DNA from: Amoebophrya sp. A120
Taxonomy: Eukaryota > Protista > Dinoflagellata
DNA length: 64,000 nt
Assembly: GCA_905178155.1 (NCBI GenBank)
Contig: CAJINV010000001.1
Span: 8,881,170 to 8,945,169, forward strand
Direction of reading: 5' to 3'
In this document: positions 24,035-36,223 of the stretch, piece by piece
Layout of the letters: every line of letters starts with the position of its first letter
Position numbering within the stretch: position 1 is the stretch's first letter
Notes under the pieces: model-generated
Seen by the model: the letters and a program-made list of their open reading frames with translations, nothing else
What the model was told of the DNA's origin: nothing
Database searches by the model: none
Made by a program: the position numbers and the translations under genes

Positions 24035-25515
24035 ATGGCGCCGGGAGCTGCCCGCGGATGCCGCTTCGCGATTGTCGCAACCTGCGCCATCACCGTGGTT
24101 TCCGGTTTTTCCGCGATCAAAACACGTAGCACTGCCGTAGGCGCATCTGCCAAGACGTCTCGCAGAGCTGCCAGGAGAACAACTGCGACAGCTCAAGTAG
24201 CAAGAAGTAGTGCACGCGCCACTCAAAGTTCTAAAAAAGAGCTGTCCAAGAACACAGCAGTGGGAACAAAGCCCGCTCCCAGCGTTGCGGAGCAGTGCGC
24301 GGAAGATGCAGACTGCTTGCCACCCCCAGCAGCCACGCCCATTGCGGAACTCGAAAAACTGAAACCGAGCGAGCTCGAGACGCTGCGGGGAAGTGTCGAG
24401 GACAAATTGGCGAAGGCAAAGTCCGATTTTGAGCAGTTGCAGGCGAAGCTGGCGAAAGCGCAGACCGAGCACGCGCAGAGTCTGCAAGCTTTGAAGCAGG
24501 AGATTGGCGCGAAAAAGGACCAGGCCCAGGAGACGCGGCTGGCAACCCGCGAGACCGTGGCTGCGGACGCTGCCGCCGGCGCGAAGGAAGAGGAAAACCT
24601 GCAGAACTTGGACGGCGAGAACGCAAACCTCCGCAAGGACCTGCAGGCAAAGCGGGCTGCGGTCAAGCAACTCGTAGCAAAGCAGCCCTGCGGGAAGTGC
24701 ACGGCGCACCAAAGCACCGCCTTTCTCACGCTCTGGTCCTCGGTGCGGGACGCGCCCGTATCAAAAGGAAAAATCCCCCCTCCGCATATTGACAAGGCAC
24801 GTTTTCGAGAATTTCTATTGCTGATTTGTGACCACAAACCGCCTCTGTGTTGCATGAAGGCAACTCCACAGGCTCCGCCGCATTCTAGCGGCGGTTTGTC
24901 GTGCTGTTGTACCCACAGCGTAGACGTCTGGCATGCAAAGCGCCAAGGCCAAAGCCTGTCTTCTGAGGCTTAATATGGGTCTGTTGTCCTCGCCAGCAAG
25001 ACAAAGCCGATTTGTGTACGCAAATCCAGCATCACCTGGCAAAGCCGATGAGTTCGGGCTGCTGACTGTTCCACTCCCTCTTAGCGGTACCAGTTTCGCC
25101 CACGCCCACGCAAATCCAGCATCACAAGCTTCGTTTTGATATTGGGAGGGGGGATTTTTCATTCTGATAGCCCGCGAAGGATCTCATGGCCGAAATTCAG
25201 GCTGGTCAGCGGGAAATCCGGAACCTGGAGGACGATACCAAGGCGCTGGAGAAAAAACTTGTGCGCGAGGGGAAGCGGTTCGATGAGCGCACCCAGTTCC
25301 TGCGCACCAAGGTCGACGAGGCGGAAGCGAAGGCGGAGGTGGCACCGCCGGGGTTGGCGGCTGAAAAGTCGGCCGGCGTACGCTTGAATGACGCCCGGCA
25401 GGTGCGGCTGAAAGCTCGAAAAGCGGAGAACGACGACCTGCGAGGCCGCTTGGATGACCTGGCGAAAAAGGAGACTCGAATCCAAGAGCTCAACGCGGAG
25501 TGCGGCTGCAGCTAG
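24035..25515 (+). CDS. Secreted coiled-coil protein, 2 exons
   Basis: Signal-peptide-like N-terminus (FAIVATCAITVVSG), long heptad-rich K/E/A/L stretches, C-terminal CGCS; exons joined across the element at 24759-25169. Confidence 0.75.
24759..25169. mobile_element. Introner-like element, 411 bp
   Basis: 25-bp TIR with 2 mismatches (TATCAAAAGGAAAAATCCCCCCTCC); perfect 5-bp TSD GCCCG (24754-58 / 25170-74). Confidence 0.9.
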
Positions 25516-26235
25516 CAAGTGCCGCTGACATTCCGTCCCGCCGAGAAGTATACATCGTGCTGCAGGTGCAAAAAAATGAAAATGTCAAAAAAAAATGACG
25601 CACTGATCGTTCAGTTTCTGTTTTCCAGCGCTCGTCTACATAGTACTTAGCCGAAACTTGGATATTCGCTGCACTACCTAGAGGGAATATCCTGTACCTA
25701 TTTCATGTTTCGTGTAACTCATTCTTGAACTGCTGCTGCTGGGGTCGCAAAGCAGTGGCGAGAACGGTGCAATCCCAGTGCCCTTCATCAAACAGATGTT
25801 CCTGTTCGACTTTCGTGCCGTGGAATACTAACCGTTGCGTCTGCGTGGCGCGACTAGAAAAGCACATTTCGTCCTCGACGTTCGTTCTCTTTCTTTGTCT
25901 AATTTACTGTCAGAGGGGATGGAGTAGGGTCGTTTGGAATGCGCACATCATGCAGAAATATATGAATCGAGAGTGTGAGGAACGACGAGTGAGGAAGTCG
26001 CTTGAAGACAAGGACGATTGTCGGTGAATGAAGTTGCCGTGTGAGAAATTATTTCGTTCATCATGAGGCTATGATGCAGATGCAGACGACGCGCACAGAT
26101 CCAGATGACCTCGGACGACTTACTTCAAAACCAGCGAAGTGGATGTCTATGAATAAAAGATGGACTTCCTCGATGCTCCGTCTGTACTAACGCCGTAGAA
26201 GTGGTCGTGGAGCTTGAGCAGACCGATCTTTCATC

Positions 26236-29200
26236 ATGAGCGTTGCGGTTGACCGTGCTGCATCCGCGTTCGCGGCCACAGGGAGCAGCCCAACGTTGGA
26301 GCAGGTTCCCGGGCAGCAGCCGGCGTTTATCGTGCCGCAAATGATGGGTTCGCTCCAAATGGGTGGCAGCTCGTCTTCCACCGCACCGAGCCACGTAGTG
26401 GGCGCTACTTCGTCTACCAGTGCAACCGCGACAGCAAGCAACAGCGAAATAACGGGTGGAGCAGGCGCGACGCCTTCCAGCGGGGCGCAATACTTGCAGC
26501 ACCACAGCCATCTGATGCCGTCAACATCAACAGGTGGAGCGGGACAGCTGGTGTCAGTCGGAGGAGCTAATAGTACAGCCGTTTGCACAGCGGGCCCGCC
26601 ACCAGCACCGTTAGTGCTAGCAGGAACCAGCTCCGCGGCCACCGCTGGCGGTGCGAACGCTGCGTCTTCAGGAGACGCGAGCAACAATATTCTGGTTGCC
26701 GTTCGTTGCCGGCCGTCGCTACGGGGTCTGGACGAGGCTGCCCCGATCGTGAAAGTGCTGGACGACAGCATGGTGATTCTGCAGGACCCGGGACAGGAGC
26801 TGCAGGGAGACTACCTGCGGTTGCACAAGAGCCGGGAGCGCCGCTACAAGTTCGACTACGCGTTCGGGGGCGAGGCAAGCACAGAGCATGTGTACCGCAA
26901 AACGGCACGCAGCCTGATTCCCTCCATATGGCTTTCTCAAACGTTACATTCTCAACTGTTACACGAATCTGTGATGCAAGAACAGCAAAAGGGAAAGCGG
27001 GAAGATTGCGCGTTTTGCATTACAAATTTGGAACGGAATATAATGCTGCTTAGCCCTTCGACAGTTTGTCATGCGAAGTACCTTGATCGCGTGGAGGCTG
27101 ATGGCGATTTTGCATGACAAATTCTTGGGACAGTTGAGAGCGTAGCGTTTGAGAGCTCCATACTCCATTTTGAACGGGTACAACGCCACCGTGTTCGCGT
27201 ACGGAGCCATATCAAATGCAAAAATGTCTGGGTCTGGAAACTTGTAATGCTAAAGGTGAATGATAGACGTACTTCAGTGCGCAGCTATGCATAACAAATT
27301 TTCTGGCTGCCATGTCTTACGTATTCCGCATGGCAAACTGCGTTTTTGCATGACAGGCGCGAGGGCCTTTTCGTGCCTATGCAACGCAGATTCTCGAGTC
27401 ATGCCAGACGAGCATGACAAACTTGCATTCTTCCAGACCCAGACATTTTTGCATTTGATAAGCCACCGGCGCGGGCAAAACGCACACCATGATCGGGGGG
27501 GACGAAGACGCGCACCACCAGCACCACACGGGAACAAAAGACCCCGGGATCATGTTTCTGATCCTACGCGATCTCTTCTACCTCGTGCAAGAGCAAAAGC
27601 AAAAAAGCGCCAGCGGGGGTGGTGGGGGAATAAATGGTGGTGTACTAGCGGGGGTGGACGAGACGAGTGTAGGAGATGATGATCCAGGTGGAGGAGGAGG
27701 CGCAGCAGCTGCTCCAGGTGGAAAAACGTCAGATAAGAACAAAGACAAGTCGATTGCTGTAAAATGCAGTTTCTTGGAGGTCTACAACGAGAACATCAGA
27801 GACTTGCTGCTGCCGTCAGCAAAGGCCGATGGCTTGGAATTGCGCGAGGATCCTGTCAAGGGTTGCTACGTCGCCGGTCTGCAGGAGCTGCCTGCCCAGT
27901 CCGTCGATGAAATCATGGCGCTGCTGCACCTGGGAAACAAAAATAGGTACGGCGGCAGAGATATTAAGCAGTATGTTTTCTCGATCATCAGTAGGTCGAG
28001 TAGATTCAGATCCTACATACTCGTTTGCAACTGTATCTGTTGTTTTGTTCGCTGTACGTACATAATCATAAATCTCAATAACGTCCATCCAATCATGGTA
28101 GGACGACGGAGGGCACCGCCGTGAATGAGACCTCTTCCCGATCACACGCGGTTTTGCAGTTGCATGTGGAGGAGAACCTTGGGACCGGGCAGACTTCCAT
28201 CGGGAAGCTCTCGCTAATCGACCTTGCTGGGTCGGAGCGCGCTTCCAAAGCGCTTTCAAAGGGAGACCGCTTGATTGAGGCATCCAACATCAACCGCTCC
28301 CTGTTGGCACTCGGAAACTGCATCAATGCACTTGTGGAGAAGAAACGTCAGAGCTTTGTCCCGTAAGAAGCGTTTTTGATGTGTTTACCGAGGCATGATG
28401 AAGAGCTTCGAGTAAGTTGCATAGTCAATGGTAACATGATGCTTTACAACAACTTCGTCATCGAAAGTATTATTTTGTTCCGAAGCGAAAAGCAGCTCCT
28501 GACCATGTCTCTCTGTTTCGCAGAAGCAGAACATCTTTCACCAGTGTTCTGCGAGTGTGTGGTCTTCTATCAAAACAACTACCAAATATTTTCCGTTTCA
28601 TCACTTTGCAGGTACCGCGACTCGAAGCTGACTCGACTGCTGAAGGACAGTTTGGGCGGCAATTGCCGGACCTGCATGATTGCTTGCATTTCTCCCACCG
28701 CAAGCCACTACGAGGAAACAAGCAACACTTTGAAATACGCAAACCGCACGAAGAACATCAAGACGTCCCAGCACTACCGGCGGAATTTGGTCACCACGTC
28801 TGCCGAGGAAACCGATGCTCAGGTCGCGGAATACGCTCAAATCATTGCCGAGCTGCAGAAGGAAATCTCCGAATTGAAGGGCAAAGTGCACGTGCAGCCA
28901 GGACCGACAACAACGTCGTCGTATGCAAACATCAAAGACAGGCACGGCGGTGCAGGTGTGTTGACGTCGTCCTCGTCCGCAAGTGCAGCTGCCGTCCCGA
29001 AGGAAGCGGAGGTTTCCGAAACCGCGATTCTGGCATCGGAGAAGGCTTCGGAACGGTGGAAGACCGAGATGATGTCAACGTTGGAAGAACGGGTCAAGCT
29101 TCAGCGACAGCTCATGGAGACAGAGACGCTGCAATCCCAGCTGTTGCTCGACCTGGAAGTGTCCAAACGTTCAAAGGAAAGCTGTCAGCAAGGTACTTAC

Positions 29201-31478
29201 TCGTTCTGCTCAAGAACATACTGTGGATTTGGATACGGCAACGGCATTACATATTTTTATTTGCATCCTTCGTCACTGTTGTCACGACTCGACTGAGGCG
29301 GTTGAAGACCAGCACAGGGAAGGAATTCATAATCATTATACAAATTTCTGTACCCTCAAGACATGTTGATGAATGACAGCACTTTGCACTTTTCACCCTG
29401 CTTATCGAACATCGATCTTCGATTTTAATTGTGCACGACAGGCACCGATGCCGACAAGGACTCGACGAGCGCCGGCCCCTCGCCCAAGAGCAGTGTCACC
29501 ACCACCAAACTTCTCGCCGAGCACGAGGACCGACGTACCAATTTGCGCGCTGCGCTGGAGGAAAACCGAAAGAAAAGCCAGAAACTGCAATTGCAGCTGA
29601 AGGAGATCGCGGACAAGGACCTCCGGGCGTTTCTGGAGCTGCTGTACCGGGCACAGGTGCTCGAAGTCGAGCGCATGGAGCTGGACCACGTAAACGCAAT
29701 GAAGCGTCAGGTCTTGGACCAGAAGGACCAGGATCTCCGTACTGGTTGCTTGTTTCTTTTCCGCTTCGTTCGTTTGTAAAGACAATTGTCAATTCATTGC
29801 ATTGCTACTGGCATTGTTTTTGCGAGGGGCAGTCTGAATTCTGAAGGCGACAGCGACAGCCTTGATGACGAACGAGAAGCAAAACCACCGATTTGTTGAA
29901 AATATCATGAACAGAAAATCTCCGTCACCAGCTGGACCTCCGAAACGAGTACTTGGGCAAGTTGTCGGGAAATCTTTCCGTAGAGGACAAGCAGATGTTG
30001 CCGGGGCACGTGAGCCTGCTGGAGTCCACCATCACCTCGCCAACGCAGTGGAAACGACAACTCTCCAAAGAACAGCTTGACGTACAGGAAAACGGCACAT
30101 CGCTCGCGACCGACGAACTACAGCTCGTCGGCGCGCCGGTAGGACAAGCTCTTATTCTATGATAGATCATGATCTGCATTTTCTGTTGTAGTTCCGATCA
30201 CCTTGATGCTTCCTTGATAATTGCAGAATATTTTACTTTCGCTGTCACAACATGGAAACTTCTTCAAAACATACTCTTACTCAGCCCCGGTTTGCGTCCA
30301 TTCCCGGGGTGGATGGGCTGCACGAACCAACGGACCCGTCAAGTCCCTCCGATGTGAAGGGCGGTATTGATTGGAGCGCCATCGAGGTGCCGCGAGCGAG
30401 CCGCATCAAGGGTGTTTCCCAGGAACTCGCGGGGCTGAACATCTTTGATCCCACGCCGCGCGACTTTTCCCTCGTAGACCACCATGACGCCGCTCGTGGC
30501 GGCCAGTTGATGTCCGGCTCGCTGGGAGCACATCATTCGCACTCGTCCTCCGCGTTGGTAGTTGGGGGGGCGAACAAAGAGAACGTGCGAACTGTTGTGA
30601 AATTCGACAACGCCGCATCTTCCGCTCAGCTGAAAAATGTAGGCGCGGCGGCGAGCGGCGGCTCCCTGGCCAGCTACCGCGGTGCGGGGTACCGCTCCCA
30701 GAGCGATCACGGGGCCGCTCTGGTACAACAGCTGCACAGCAAGACCGAGCACCACAGTAGCGCCACGACGCGGCCGCCTCGGAGTTCCCCCAAACGGCCG
30801 GACACCGGTCCGGTGCACTACTTCTCCCATCTCCCCAGCTCCTCAGGCGGAACGCGGTCGTCTCACGGTCCGCAGAAGAGCCGACCGAAAACCGACTACC
30901 AGCCGCAGCTGCGCTACGCACAGCGACACCAGCAGAACCACTGGAAGCACCTGCAACGCATGAAGGACACCGCCTTCCACAACGAGCGGCTGAATCCACC
31001 TCTGCAGCGCGCCGGAATCAGTTTCAAGCAGCACGTGGTGAACAGCGTGAATAACCAATACGGTAACAAACCCAATGCTGGTGGGCCCTCTGCAGGTGGA
31101 CCCCACGCGCAGCCGCAGCACAGCAGCACGAACATACTGTCCTCGCACAGTACAACTACTTCTACACATCACGCCCCGGTAACGTCCACCATCAGTACAA
31201 CAGGGAACAGCGGACTCGGGAGTAGCGCAAACAACACCGGCGTTGGTGCTAGTGCGGTTGGCGCTAGTGCCACGGGTGGTGTCGTTTCGGGTAGTGCCAC
31301 GGCGAATGGCACACGAATCCAACCGCAGCATCACCCGATCGTGAGCAATTACGCCCAGCCCTACCACCAAATCGCGTCCAAACGAAAGCCGCGGTCCTCG
31401 GTAGGGAACGCCACACGGCTTGCAGGAAAACTTATCGTAAATTCCAACGCCGGAGCAGGTCGAGATTTCCGCTTCTGA
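26236..31478 (+). CDS. Kinesin-8 family motor protein
   Basis: [38 protein letters not shown] (rebuilt across two TIR elements), [49 protein letters not shown]. Further GT-AG introns: 27947-28101, 28363-28611, 29193-29441, 29739-29914, 30139-30284. Confidence 0.93.
26927..27162. mobile_element. Introner-like element, 236 bp
   Basis: 32-bp TIR with 26 matches (TATGGCTTTCTCAAACGTTACATTCTCAACTG); perfect TSD CTCCA (26922-26 / 27163-67). Confidence 0.9.
27210..27460. mobile_element. Introner-like element, family A, 251 bp, inside the kinesin P-loop
   Basis: Perfect 30-bp TIR TATCAAATGCAAAAATGTCTGGGTCTGGAA; perfect TSD AGCCA (27205-09 / 27461-65). Confidence 0.95.
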
Positions 31479-33115
31479 TAAAGAACCTGAAGAGCAGGGC
31501 TTTTCCGCTGGCCGGATTAAGGCCCCGGGTCATAATTACCCAGTCTGGAATCACCCTGCTTGGAGCGTAGCATGTTCGTATTGTGATTTCGTTGCTGAGA
31601 GAGCACGGGCCTCGACGCATCAAATACAAATCTGAATTTTTATCCAGTGTAGGTGTAAGTGAGGATGTCGTACTGTTACTACAACGTTGTCCTTGTCCTA
31701 GTATTCCCAATATTTTCTAAATCCGAAACGTGTTTGAATCCAATAAAAACTTGTAACTGTATTACATCCTGGGCTCTTGTCTAGTTTCACATTTTTGTTT
31801 GGCCAATACTATACCATTTCTCTTTTCGAGCTGAAGATGTAGTTTGTGCTTGTTGCGCCGTGTTTGAAAAATCACTATCACATGAACTCTCAGATTGCTT
31901 TGCTTGACTTCCGCCGTTTTTTGAAGCATTCACTTTCCAGTCACTCTGTATTTCTAGGGGCAAAGTCTTGACAAAAAGTAGTTGGAGTAAACCAAATAGA
32001 TTGTTAACTCTTGGGCTTTGCGCCTTCGTCTTCGTGCTGGGCGTCACGAGCACGCCTGGCGTCTGACCATTCAAATTGATGAGATCGTGTAGTAGTCGTG
32101 AGTATGTGAAGTGTTAGCGACTGGTGTTAAAGGTTTCCAACTTTTTTGCTGATGCTGAATAGAAACCGGTACCAAACAAAAATTTGTAGCCTCGTAGCTG
32201 AGCTGCACAAGATAGCAATACAGAAGTGGAGGCATATTCATTTGAGTGGTCGAGCACTAAGCAGGTTTCTGTTTTGCCAAAACCTACTGAACGGTGTCCG
32301 TGTCCGTGCCGGTGGTGTTAAACTTGTTCGTGATGCATTCGTATTTGCTTGTGCTTCTGTCGGCTTTCTTATCTGTCGTTCATCTGTCATCATCGTGTTT
32401 CTCGGTGGCGAAAAAGCAGACGCAACTGTTATGATGATTTTCACCTGCAGAAGCAGAAGTCGCATAGCGTACAAAACCGTCAATATCTAAGACAAAAAAT
32501 AATTGAAAATCGTTGTCGTTCAACTTCAATTTTTTGGTCTCCTCTGCGTGCCATCGGTATCGTCCAGCTTCTGTGTCGCTGTGGTTCTGGTTGTGGTCCA
32601 GTCGTGCATTGCGTTTTCTCGTCCAATGATCGCACTCGCTTCGTTGTCCGTCCATTGTTTGTCCGCAAGCTTTTTATGTAGTGTGTGAGGTGTGCCTCGG
32701 TGAAGTAGTACGTAGCTGTTATTTCAATAATGACTAGCACGACCCACTTACACTTTCATTTTCAACCTCCGCCTCTGTCCTGCTCCACTCAATCCAACTG
32801 ATTTTGATACGAACAAACTTCAGGACCAAGCATACAACTCAACCCACACATTCATAGTCGAAGTCGTACGCAAACGCATGCAGATCGATGCTTTCGACAT
32901 GAACTTGAAATATTTACGTAAAAATTCTGCCCCGGAACCGTCCGGGGAGCAGAATGAAGTATCTCATTATCACAAGCCAGCTTTTCATCTGACTGGAACC
33001 CGTACTAGCATACCTCGAAGATGAATTGGTGTCGTGCAGCACGACGTGTGCAAAAATATATCTCTGCTTGATGTACATGGTCGTAGTGTAGATCTAGACC
33101 TCTATCTAAAGCACC

Positions 33116-34510
33116 ATGTTCAAGAATAAGTTGTTGAAACACAAGTTTGCTCTGACCGGGCTCTTCAAGAAAAAGCCGGCAGCAGACGCGGTTGCGGAGG
33201 AAGGTAAGACCGAAGAAGCAAAGCCGGAAGAGCAGCCTGCAGCTACTGATGAGGCAGAAACAAAAGATCCTGCCACGGCAACAGAAGCAGATGAGAAGAA
33301 GCCCGAGGAGGACCCCGCTGCTCCGGCCAATGCAGAAGCAGGCCCTTCTGACGCCGCGGCAGACAAGCCACCAGATGTAACGATACCACCTACAGCTAGT
33401 ACGGGTGATGTAGTTGCAGAGGACAAGGATAAGAATGCTGCTGAGGCAAAGGCGAAACCGACCGCAAAAGCTAAACCGAAGGCAAAGCCCAAGGCGAAAC
33501 CAAAGGCCGCGAGGAAGCCGGCCGATAAAAAGGAATTCGTCCAGGCCACGCCGGACGAGAACGCGGGAGGCGATAAGCCTCCGGGGGAAACTCCCGCTGC
33601 TGGGGAGACCGGCGTAGAGGTCGCTCCTGCCCACGATGATGAGCACAACGCCAGCTGCTTCTACTGCTTCCGTTGCGTTCCCGGCGTGCGTAACTGCGAG
33701 ACAAATATCGTGTTCGGATTCCACCCCGAGAACTTTCACTGCCGGCGCGCGTCCGCCGCCGATGCGGATGCCGACAGCCCCGAGCTGCGGCGGTCCGACG
33801 CCATGCAAGTCGAGGACAAGACGCAATACGAACAGGCACCGGAGCTGCGCCGCTCAAACGCGACCGTTGAGGGCCAGGTGCCCGTGGATGACAACACGTT
33901 GGCATCCAACTGCTACAAGTGCCTCTCGCCAATCTGCAGCTGCCTTGCCGTCACGCTGTCGGCCCCGTGCGTGCTGGCCGCGCAGGCATGTGGGGCGTGT
34001 GGCCGGCAGATCGGGAAGCTGTGCAGCGTGAAGTGTGTGCGGGGCGAGAGTTGCGCGTGCGACTGCATTCTCACCTGTCATCCAATGGACTCGCCCTTTT
34101 GCCAGTGCGTGTGCGGCGGTCTCCGCGCGGTGTCCCGCTTCTGCGCACGCAAGGGCCCCACCTACCGGTTACGCGATTCCAACGGCACGCCCATTGTGGA
34201 CCTGCCCGCGTTCAACTGCCTCACCACGGACCAGATGCGCGTCCAGCTGCTCCGCTTCTACCGCGAGCGGTGCCGTGCGAACATCTTGCGCGCGGAGCTG
34301 GAGAGTCTGCTCTTCGGGCAGTACCGGCCGAGCGTGGAAACGGAGTTGAAGAATTGGTTTCCCGATCCGGAGGACACCGCCTTCCTGAAGAACCGCGATG
34401 TGATCGCCGATTTCCCCGCGCTCAAAGAGGAAAAAGTAACCCTGGAGACGAAGAAGAAAGTGCAAACTACTCACCAGAAGGAAATTGTAGCAGATACTTC
34501 GCGAATTTAA
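33116..34510 (+). CDS. Hypothetical protein: acidic Ala/Pro/Lys-rich N-terminus and Cys-rich core (464 aa)
   Basis: Single long ATG-initiated ORF with coding-like GC3; internal repeat PELRRS; many CxxC/CxC motifs. Confidence 0.7.
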   Translation: MFKNKLLKHKFALTGLFKKKPAADAVAEEGKTEEAKPEEQPAATDEAETKDPATATEADEKKPEEDPAAPANAEAGPSDAAADKPPDVTIPPTASTGDVVAEDKDKNAAEAKAKPTAKAKPKAKPKAKPKAARKPADKKEFVQATPDENAGGDKPPGETPAAGETGVEVAPAHDDEHNASCFYCFRCVPGVRNCETNIVFGFHPENFHCRRASAADADADSPELRRSDAMQVEDKTQYEQAPELRRSNATVEGQVPVDDNTLASNCYKCLSPICSCLAVTLSAPCVLAAQACGACGRQIGKLCSVKCVRGESCACDCILTCHPMDSPFCQCVCGGLRAVSRFCARKGPTYRLRDSNGTPIVDLPAFNCLTTDQMRVQLLRFYRERCRANILRAELESLLFGQYRPSVETELKNWFPDPEDTAFLKNRDVIADFPALKEEKVTLETKKKVQTTHQKEIVADTSRI

Positions 34511-34939
34511 GCAGATCCAAAAGTTGCCGCTTTATATTTTAGTGGCATTGCGAGGACGAAGGTCAAGCCTTGGCCGTCAAGGTAGCAGGTCCAGGTGGCA
34601 CTCATGACGGCCATCTGGCTGCATGCTGGAGAAGCTTACCGCTGAATCCGCTTGCGCGGGGGTTACGCACTCGCTTGTGCCGATAGGGATAGAGAGGGCG
34701 AATGAGAAGGGCGGTCGGCCCCTGCAGCCAACAAAATTTCTGTGCGCCCGGTATTGCTGCCCCAGTTGCCCTCTTTCCTGCTTCTAGTATTTTTCTTGGA
34801 GCAGGCGCATTTTTTAGCCTCAGCATGATCGTGCTCCATCTTCATTTTTGCGCTGAGCAGCCTCACCTCGTGCGCCTGCGTTGCCTTGCCCTTGTTTTAC
34901 GATGTGGCGTCGCATTTTCAGTCTTTACGGCACATTCGT

Positions 34940-35830
34940 AGAGGCACACGCGGCCGCTCGGAAGCAAAGCAGCCCGCCGCGACGTTGTTATTCGCGCGCG
35001 CTAAAGGTTTCGGCGCAGGGGTGTTGCGCGTCTCATAGGGTGTCCGGGAATAAAAAAACAGCTGGCCGCCGTGCGAAGCCACTGCACGAGCCGCGGCGCC
35101 ACTTCGCGAAAACATTAAAAGCGAACAAAAACAAATGTTCCGCGCGCAGGTCGCGCAAAAAATAATTCTCAAAGCCAAGAAGTTGGGCCCTCCGTGTGGA
35201 GCGTTGCTTGAGAATGTCGTGTTTCGTTGGACAGGAAATTTCGGCTTCTTCTTGCGTCGCTAGCGGCCCACAAAGAAACCGGCCCCTCCGCCCGGAGGGG
35301 GCGGCTTCTTTAGGACCCGGAAGTCATTTTTTTTTACCAAAAGCGCCGACTTTCGTTGTTTTCTGGGTACAAGGTAGCGGTCCGGCTATCAAACAAACCG
35401 CCCCCTCCGCGCGGAGGGGCCTGTTTCTTTCTGGGCCGCCAGCGGCGGAAGAAGAAACCGAAAATAAGAAATCGACCCCTCCGCGCGGAGGGGTCGATTT
35501 CTTATTTTCGGAACGGCGCGCGCAGCGCGCCGAAGAATTTTTTTTGTTGTTGCATCCAGCACTGGCCTCGGAAACAAGTCGTGGGCCACGCCGCCGCGCG
35601 GAGGCGAGGATTTCTTGTTTTCCCAGTGCGGAGCAAGAGCAACGACAACGACGGGCCATTCCTGAGGAGGTGGGCGCCGCGGTTGCCTGGTTCCTTCCTT
35701 ATGGGGCATAGCGCGCGCGCACTGGCGCCGTGGGGCTGCGCTCCTTAAGGCGCATGTAGTGTGGTGCGTGCGTTGCTACGGGCCTTTTGTCCGAGGGTAG
35801 CGCCTGTCGTGCAGGCGCCGCTGCATGGGA
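34940..35830. repeat. GC-rich palindrome island
   Basis: Three hairpins with core CCCCTCCGC(G/C)CGGAGGGG; 35458-35511 is a perfect 54-bp palindrome. Island edges are approximate. Confidence 0.8.
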
Positions 35831-36223
35831 TTCCGCTCCTGAGCTCGGTGGCGACTCGCGAGGGGCTAAGGGTATGAGCATGCATGGGACACCGGCGCCA
35901 CGACAAAGTAAGCCAACCAACGGGTTGCGTCTTTGTTTGAGGCGCGCCACGTTTCGCCTTACCTTTTTTCGTTGTGTTGTTTCTGGAAAATCAAAACTCA
36001 TGGTCATGCGGCAACTTTTTGCGCCCGGCAGTGTAGGGGTCGACCTTCGTTGGAGTTAACTCTGCATTAGTGGCGCCCGGCTTTCTTACAAGCTGCCGGC
36101 CGCCTTGTGCGATGGATTGGCGACGCACTCTCCCCTGCCCTCGCCAAGGCAGCCGCAGTTTCTCTGGCGCCGGGCAATCTGCTTAAATTATTGAAGTATC
36201 TGCTTCTACCACCTGATACACAG

